Of a stretch of DNA of 64,000 nt, positions 59,184-64,000 are shown one piece after another; position 1 is the first letter of the stretch; the number at the start of each line of letters is the position of its first letter. Source of the stretch: Bdellovibrionota bacterium (lineage in GTDB: Bacteria > Bdellovibrionota_C > UBA2361 > JAFLCA01); the NCBI GenBank assembly GCA_041907145.1, contig JAYRHW010000283.1, forward strand, positions 1,304 through 65,303, given 5' to 3'. Under the pieces are notes generated by a model. The model worked only from the letters and a program-made list of their open reading frames with translations, was not told the origin of the DNA and searched no databases. The position numbers were made by a program, and so were the translations under genes.

Positions 59184-61553
59184 CTAGGAGCCCATGACCT
59201 GTCTGCCGCCGTTCGGAGAAGCCTTCTCGTTCGCATCTTGCTCCAAGTCGAACTGGGTATACGAACGGTAGTAGCGGTTATAGTAATAGTAATCCCCGCT
59301 CGTAATATCGACATCGTTTAAGATGGCACCAAGGATGTTGGCACCAACGGCCTTCAGGCGATTTCGCGCATCATTGACGACTCGGCGTGGAGTTGACGCT
59401 CCCTTTATAACCAACACGACCCCATCGACATATCGGGACAGTACGACTGAATCCGTCACCGGCAGCACCGGCGGAGAATCGATAACCACATAATCGAACT
59501 CTCGCGAAAGCTGATCTATCAATGATGCCATCTCGAGTGAGCCGAGGAGCTCGGCAGGATTCGGCGGAATCTTGCCACTAGGAATAATGGTGAGCCGCCG
59601 TACGACGTCTCGTACGAACACTTCGCCGACGGTGCGCTGCCCCGTGATGACCTCAACAAGACCGGGAAGGTTCTTATCCAAGGAAAAATGCTTCGCCAAG
59701 CTCGGACGACGAAGATCCGCATCAATCAGCACCACTCGCCCCCCCGCGGAAGCAAGGCTCGCGGCGAGATTCACTGACGAGGTAGTCTTCCCCTCAGAAG
59801 ACTGCGCCGAAGAAACCAAAATGGTTCGAGGCGGCTGCCCAGCTCTGGACAGCAAGATAGCAGTGCGAATCGTTCGATAGGCTTCAGAGGCCAGCGACTT
59901 CGGAGCATGCACGTAAACGATCGGCAAATGGGAAGCTGCCTGATCCAGCGGCACGATCTCCTTTGCTTGCGGAGGCTTCACGGGAGATTCCCCCTCCTGA
60001 GCACCGGAAATCGGCGCGGGCAAAGCCTCAAACATGAACGACGGAACCACTCCGAGGCTCGGCATGCCTATCTGCTCGAGCAGCTGTTCCGGAGTCCGCA
60101 CCGTGTTATCCAGATAATTAATGAGAAAGGCAAAGGTCAACCCCGCGCCGACCCCGACGAGCAGTCCCAACAGAACGACATAAGTCTTTTGCGGATAACT
60201 TGGTCTTTTGGGGACGCTGGCATAATCAACCACGCTGACGTTCGAGGCATTGCTCTCTACCGCTAAGGCCGTCTCCTTGATCTGACGCAACACATTCTGC
60301 AGTAATTCACGCGAGGTAGTTAATTCACGGTTGAGGACATTATACTGAACTTCCTTCTTGGATAGCTCGAACGTCCGGCTCTTTTGCTGCTCCAGCTCTT
60401 CCTTGAGGTTCTTCTCCTCTTCTGCGGCAGCCATAGCCTTGGCCTTAAGTCCGCTTACTACCTGCTTACGCTGCGCAGACACCGAACGCTTGATGGCTTC
60501 AATCTGCGAACGCAATTGAACCATCTTTGGATAACTAGGAGTGAACTTAGCTGAAAGCTGCTGATACTCGCCCTCGAGCTTTGCCAGCTCAGAGCGAAGC
60601 TGCTGGATGCCGACATCGTCAAACCCGGCTGACGAGTCGGACAGGGCTCCTTCGGCTTCCTTCCAAATATGCTCGGTCTCGATTCGCTTCGCGGTGGCAT
60701 CAGTCAGAAGTCGATTAAGCTGCGACATCTTTTGGGCGGTTATATTTTCATCTTTATTCACAGCCACAATCGAATTGGCTTCAGCGTAGTCCGCCATTTC
60801 GCGCTCGAGGCCCGCCACCTTCTCGCGCAGCTCATCCGCCTGGCCGCGCAAGAATTCCAAACCGTGGGCCTGCTGCTCGATTCGGTTGCTGCGAGTCCAG
60901 TCGATATAAGAAAGTGCGTGCTTGTTCGCTATCAAGGCCGAAAGTGTGGGACTTTTGGTGGTTGCACGAATGACTACGAGAGAAGTCCTTCGCACTGGCT
61001 TTACTTCAATAGTATCGAGATACTTTTTAATGACACTAATGGGAGCCTTATAGGTTGCAAGAGTATCGACTCCGCTCGCTAGGTCCTCCCGACTAGCACC
61101 CGATCCGAATATCCTCGAGAAAAATCCGGCCGTAGATGCCTGCTCCAAGCTCGAGCGTATGCTTTGATCTTCGAGCGAACGATCCGCGAGGGAGTAGCTC
61201 CTAATCTCTTCAATTTGAGTCTCCAGGTAGTTTGACTCCTTGCTCTTCTGCTGCAGCAAATCCTCAATCTTGGTGGCAGTCAGCACGGGCTCATAGGTGC
61301 TAATTCGAATTTTAGCCTCGGCGCTATATTGAGGAGTGGCGGTAAAGGCATAGATCAGCGAGAGCAAAATGGCGAGGGCGATGATGCCGACGACGATCGT
61401 GCGGTACTTGAAGACCACCCGCCAATACTCGCGTAGTTGCACCTCCGGACCGCTTGACTGCTCGATTCCAACGCTATCGGCTCGAAGTTCGAGCGGCACC
61501 GGCAAATGCTCGGGGCGAGGTCTAACATTGGGTGATGGAGAATATTCCGTCAT
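59184..61553 (-). CDS. polysaccharide co-polymerase / tyrosine autokinase (Wzc/GumC-like)
   Basis: 789 aa with an N-terminal Wzz-like region (TM1, long coiled-coil periplasmic domain, TM2) and a C-terminal BY-kinase P-loop (SSAQSSEGKTTSSVNLAASLA ... VLIDADLRRP). Confidence 0.8.
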   Translation of the reverse strand: MTEYSPSPNVRPRPEHLPVPLELRADSVGIEQSSGPEVQLREYWRVVFKYRTIVVGIIALAILLSLIYAFTATPQYSAEAKIRISTYEPVLTATKIEDLLQQKSKESNYLETQIEEIRSYSLADRSLEDQSIRSSLEQASTAGFFSRIFGSGASREDLASGVDTLATYKAPISVIKKYLDTIEVKPVRRTSLVVIRATTKSPTLSALIANKHALSYIDWTRSNRIEQQAHGLEFLRGQADELREKVAGLEREMADYAEANSIVAVNKDENITAQKMSQLNRLLTDATAKRIETEHIWKEAEGALSDSSAGFDDVGIQQLRSELAKLEGEYQQLSAKFTPSYPKMVQLRSQIEAIKRSVSAQRKQVVSGLKAKAMAAAEEEKNLKEELEQQKSRTFELSKKEVQYNVLNRELTTSRELLQNVLRQIKETALAVESNASNVSVVDYASVPKRPSYPQKTYVVLLGLLVGVGAGLTFAFLINYLDNTVRTPEQLLEQIGMPSLGVVPSFMFEALPAPISGAQEGESPVKPPQAKEIVPLDQAASHLPIVYVHAPKSLASEAYRTIRTAILLSRAGQPPRTILVSSAQSSEGKTTSSVNLAASLASAGGRVVLIDADLRRPSLAKHFSLDKNLPGLVEVITGQRTVGEVFVRDVVRRLTIIPSGKIPPNPAELLGSLEMASLIDQLSREFDYVVIDSPPVLPVTDSVVLSRYVDGVVLVIKGASTPRRVVNDARNRLKAVGANILGAILNDVDITSGDYYYYNRYYRSYTQFDLEQDANEKASPNGGRQVMGS

Positions 61554-61562
61554 GCTAAATCA

Positions 61563-62714
61563 CTACGGCGCGATGCTGAATCCGGCGCCGATGTTAAAGA
61601 TTTTGGTGATGCTCTCGAAAGTGTCCTGCGTCAAGCGGCGCCCCGAGTCGGAAGGTATGCGAACAATATCGCCACTACGCAGCCTGATATCCCGGTCCTC
61701 TCCAGAAGCAATCTTTTGCAGGTCGACGACGTAGTACGCCTTGCGGTCACCCCCGACCTCGCGCTCCACTTCGACCTCAGCAACATTGGCTCCGTAGGTG
61801 ATGCCGCCAGCCGCAGCAATCGCCCCAAGCATGGTCATCTGCGGTCCCAAATCGTACTGACCAACCTTTTGGACTTCGCCTTCCACCATGACCTTTCCTG
61901 CTTCCGGAATAATTATCATATCGCCGCCGCGGACGGGGATCTCCAACGGGATGCCGCCATTCGTTCCCATGACCTGATCGAGGTAGATCTGAATTCCGGA
62001 ATCTCGCAGCTGATCAGGTGCCTGCGACGCGAGGGCAAGCCGGGCGCGCGCCTCCACATCATTTGCGGCCGCCACGCCTGACAACTCAGCCGGCACAAGC
62101 GTTAGAATATTGCCTGCCTTTTCATTCATACCCCCGGCTTCGCTGATAAGCTCGAGAATGCTATTCGAGCCTTTCTTCAAGGGATAGGTGCCGGGCTTCG
62201 ACACAGCACCCATTACAGCAATCTTCTGGCTGCCATAGGAACTGATGAAAACGGTAATTTCCGGCTGCTTTACATATCCAGCCAAACGCTTTCGCAGTTC
62301 GTCATGAAAATCCGACTCAGTCAGTCCCGCGGCTTTTACTGCTCCAACTAAGGGTAAGGAAACGAATCCGGATTCGCGAACCCGCGCGGTGACGTTCAAT
62401 TCGGGAACGTCGAAAACGTTAATTTCAAGCTCATCGGCGGGCCCGATGCGATAGTTGCTATCGTGCCCTGAGCCCTCGGCTCGGCGGCGAATCAAGTTCA
62501 TCAGCCGATTCTGGCTAACTTTGTCGGGCTCCATGAATCTTGCTCGCTCCTCCTCGAGACTGGCTGTCGGAACGCCTTTGGATTCGGCCTCAGACATAAT
62601 TTGGGAGCGGGATTTTGTACTCGCTCGTGAGGAGCATGAGCAAAGCCCACATACCAATAAGCAACCCACTAGCAAACGAGCGTATCTCATACCAAGGCCG
62701 GTCCTAACCCACAT
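61563..62714 (-). CDS. polysaccharide export outer-membrane protein (Wza-like)
   Basis: Lipoprotein signal (CGLCSCS), the Poly_export motif YRIGPADELEINVF, and SLBB-like repeats. Confidence 0.8.
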   Translation of the reverse strand: MWVRTGLGMRYARLLVGCLLVCGLCSCSSRASTKSRSQIMSEAESKGVPTASLEEERARFMEPDKVSQNRLMNLIRRRAEGSGHDSNYRIGPADELEINVFDVPELNVTARVRESGFVSLPLVGAVKAAGLTESDFHDELRKRLAGYVKQPEITVFISSYGSQKIAVMGAVSKPGTYPLKKGSNSILELISEAGGMNEKAGNILTLVPAELSGVAAANDVEARARLALASQAPDQLRDSGIQIYLDQVMGTNGGIPLEIPVRGGDMIIIPEAGKVMVEGEVQKVGQYDLGPQMTMLGAIAAAGGITYGANVAEVEVEREVGGDRKAYYVVDLQKIASGEDRDIRLRSGDIVRIPSDSGRRLTQDTFESITKIFNIGAGFSIAP

Positions 62715-63600
62715 AGCGAATCTTAGAGACGATAACCCTGTCTAAACAGTCGATCTGTAAGCCCTTACGATGCACTATAGTATATATAGGACACTGAAGA
62801 GCGAACAAGGTTTCATCTTTCTTTGCTCGTGAGATTATATCGCCTTCCGCAGTGACAAGAGCGTCAATCGTGCCCGCCCGCAGAGCCGCTAGCCCCCCAT
62901 CCGCCTCGGCAAAGCCCCGGACGGTCACAAGGTCAGCGCCTCCCGCCTGGGCTCTCGCCCGAACAGTTGGCAAACGCCTCATACTTAGTTCCCGTCCGGC
63001 CTTCAATTCCGACAGCCCATATTCGCCACACGATACGAGATTACTGCCATTGCCAAGATCGGCACCAAATACCTCGCTCGAACTCCGCTCCACAATCGGG
63101 CAGCGCCCCAGCGCGGGGAGCAGTCTATCACCAAGCGGGCGAGATCCATTGCCCTCTGTCTCCAGACGCAGCCAGGATGTGCCATCGGTTCCCGTATCAC
63201 TTGCGGGCTCAACAAGGAGCGATCTCACACCAGGAAGCATTCCGGCGCCAGAGCAGCGGCTCAGGGAATAGCGCACGTCTCCGGCAGTCACAACCGCGCC
63301 ATTTGTAAATCGGGCAAGCGGAGAAATTCGAAGCCGCCAGATCTTACCATCGGGGGAAATCTCTATCCTATCGGCGACTCGTAGCCCTATACCAGAGGCA
63401 GATGACGCCTCCCGCAGAGTTCCCACGACTCCACGTCTCAAGAGCTCCGCGCCCGGATGATCTGAGGTCAATATATTAAGGGTAGGCGGCAAATCCGGGA
63501 CTCCCAACGTGACGGACACCTCGGACTGAGCGGGAACCGAGAAAAATGCGCTTAGGGCCAAAACAAAAAATCCGCGCAGAATGCGTTGGCCGCCTATCAT
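62704..63600 (-). CDS. secreted hypothetical protein with a short solute-binding-protein-like motif
   Basis: Signal peptide (FFVLALSAFFSVPAQSEV). A segment FTNGAVVTAGDVRYSLSR resembles an SBP family-5 motif, but the protein is far too short for that family. The start is moved to MIGGQRIL at 63600. Confidence 0.35.
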   Translation of the reverse strand: MIGGQRILRGFFVLALSAFFSVPAQSEVSVTLGVPDLPPTLNILTSDHPGAELLRRGVVGTLREASSASGIGLRVADRIEISPDGKIWRLRISPLARFTNGAVVTAGDVRYSLSRCSGAGMLPGVRSLLVEPASDTGTDGTSWLRLETEGNGSRPLGDRLLPALGRCPIVERSSSEVFGADLGNGSNLVSCGEYGLSELKAGRELSMRRLPTVRARAQAGGADLVTVRGFAEADGGLAALRAGTIDALVTAEGDIISRAKKDETLFALQCPIYTIVHRKGLQIDCLDRVIVSKIRYVG

Positions 63601-63968
63601 AGCGTACTCCCACCTGAGGCACTCCGATACACGACGAGAAGCTGCTCGGGATTGTCGCAAAATTTCCTGCTCCGCACGGCATTATTGGAAGATATTTTCC
63701 AGTACTTGTAGTAATTCGAATGCGGCCACAGCGAAATTAGCGTTGTCTCCCCAAGTTTTGCACTGCGAACCTGTATTCCACCCTGAAGCTCTTCCCAAGT
63801 TCGATTATCCTCACTCACGTAGACGCGCATGGTTCCCTGGACCGCTTGATCGAGATCCGCGCGCGAGCGCAACTCAATCAATACGGGCGACTGCCCCGGT
63901 GGCAAATAAAACCCCACTGATGAATAAAAGTCATCGAAGCAGACCTCGCCGCTCGGTGACCAATGCAC
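63597..63968 (-). CDS. hypothetical protein (may extend beyond the window)
   Basis: 123-aa ORF with ordinary-looking composition. Its stop overlaps the next gene's start by 4 bp. No recognisable family. Confidence 0.3.
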   Translation of the reverse strand: MHWSPSGEVCFDDFYSSVGFYLPPGQSPVLIELRSRADLDQAVQGTMRVYVSEDNRTWEELQGGIQVRSAKLGETTLISLWPHSNYYKYWKISSNNAVRSRKFCDNPEQLLVVYRSASGGSTL

Positions 63969-64000
63969 GATAGGTGTCTTTAACGGTCTGGTATCCGAGG

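Overview
This 64-kb window is gene-dense and almost entirely transcribed on the minus strand. It reads as chromosomal core DNA from a Gram-negative bacterium: LolA, Wza, RseP and FtsK are present, and there are several sigma-54 enhancer-binding proteins. The lineage guess (delta-proteobacteria- or Acidobacteria-like) is inference only.

Gene order, left to right:
- partial acyl-CoA dehydrogenase, an IclR regulator, dapB-dapA, a lipoprotein
- macromolecular-synthesis block: rpoD (split by an in-frame TAA), dnaG, a thiolase, greA
- pyrimidine operon: carB-carA-pyrC-pyrB-pyrR
- three small hypothetical proteins, a sigma-54 activator, rho, tsaB
- rseP-dxr-cdsA-uppS-frr-pyrH-tsf-rpsB, then purQ-purS-purB
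- an MBL hydrolase, panE, and an oxidative pentose-phosphate operon tal-zwf-opcA-pgl plus an acyl-CoA dehydrogenase
- GT2-rimO-lolA
- a 1.3-kb ORF-poor non-coding island with a tandem twin-hairpin repeat and a strong terminator-like hairpin
- ftsK, a lipoprotein, a poly-acidic small protein, an M16 peptidase pair, a YihY membrane protein, a Cys-rich small protein, a second sigma-54 activator, a TPR protein
- an AAA+ ATPase with livH-livM-livG, Wzc and Wza polysaccharide export genes, and two further hypotheticals

I found no rRNA, tRNA, CRISPR array, transposase or prophage genes. The two most unusual items are the ftsK-lolA non-coding island (42831-44155) and the in-frame stop plus degenerate motif inside rpoD.
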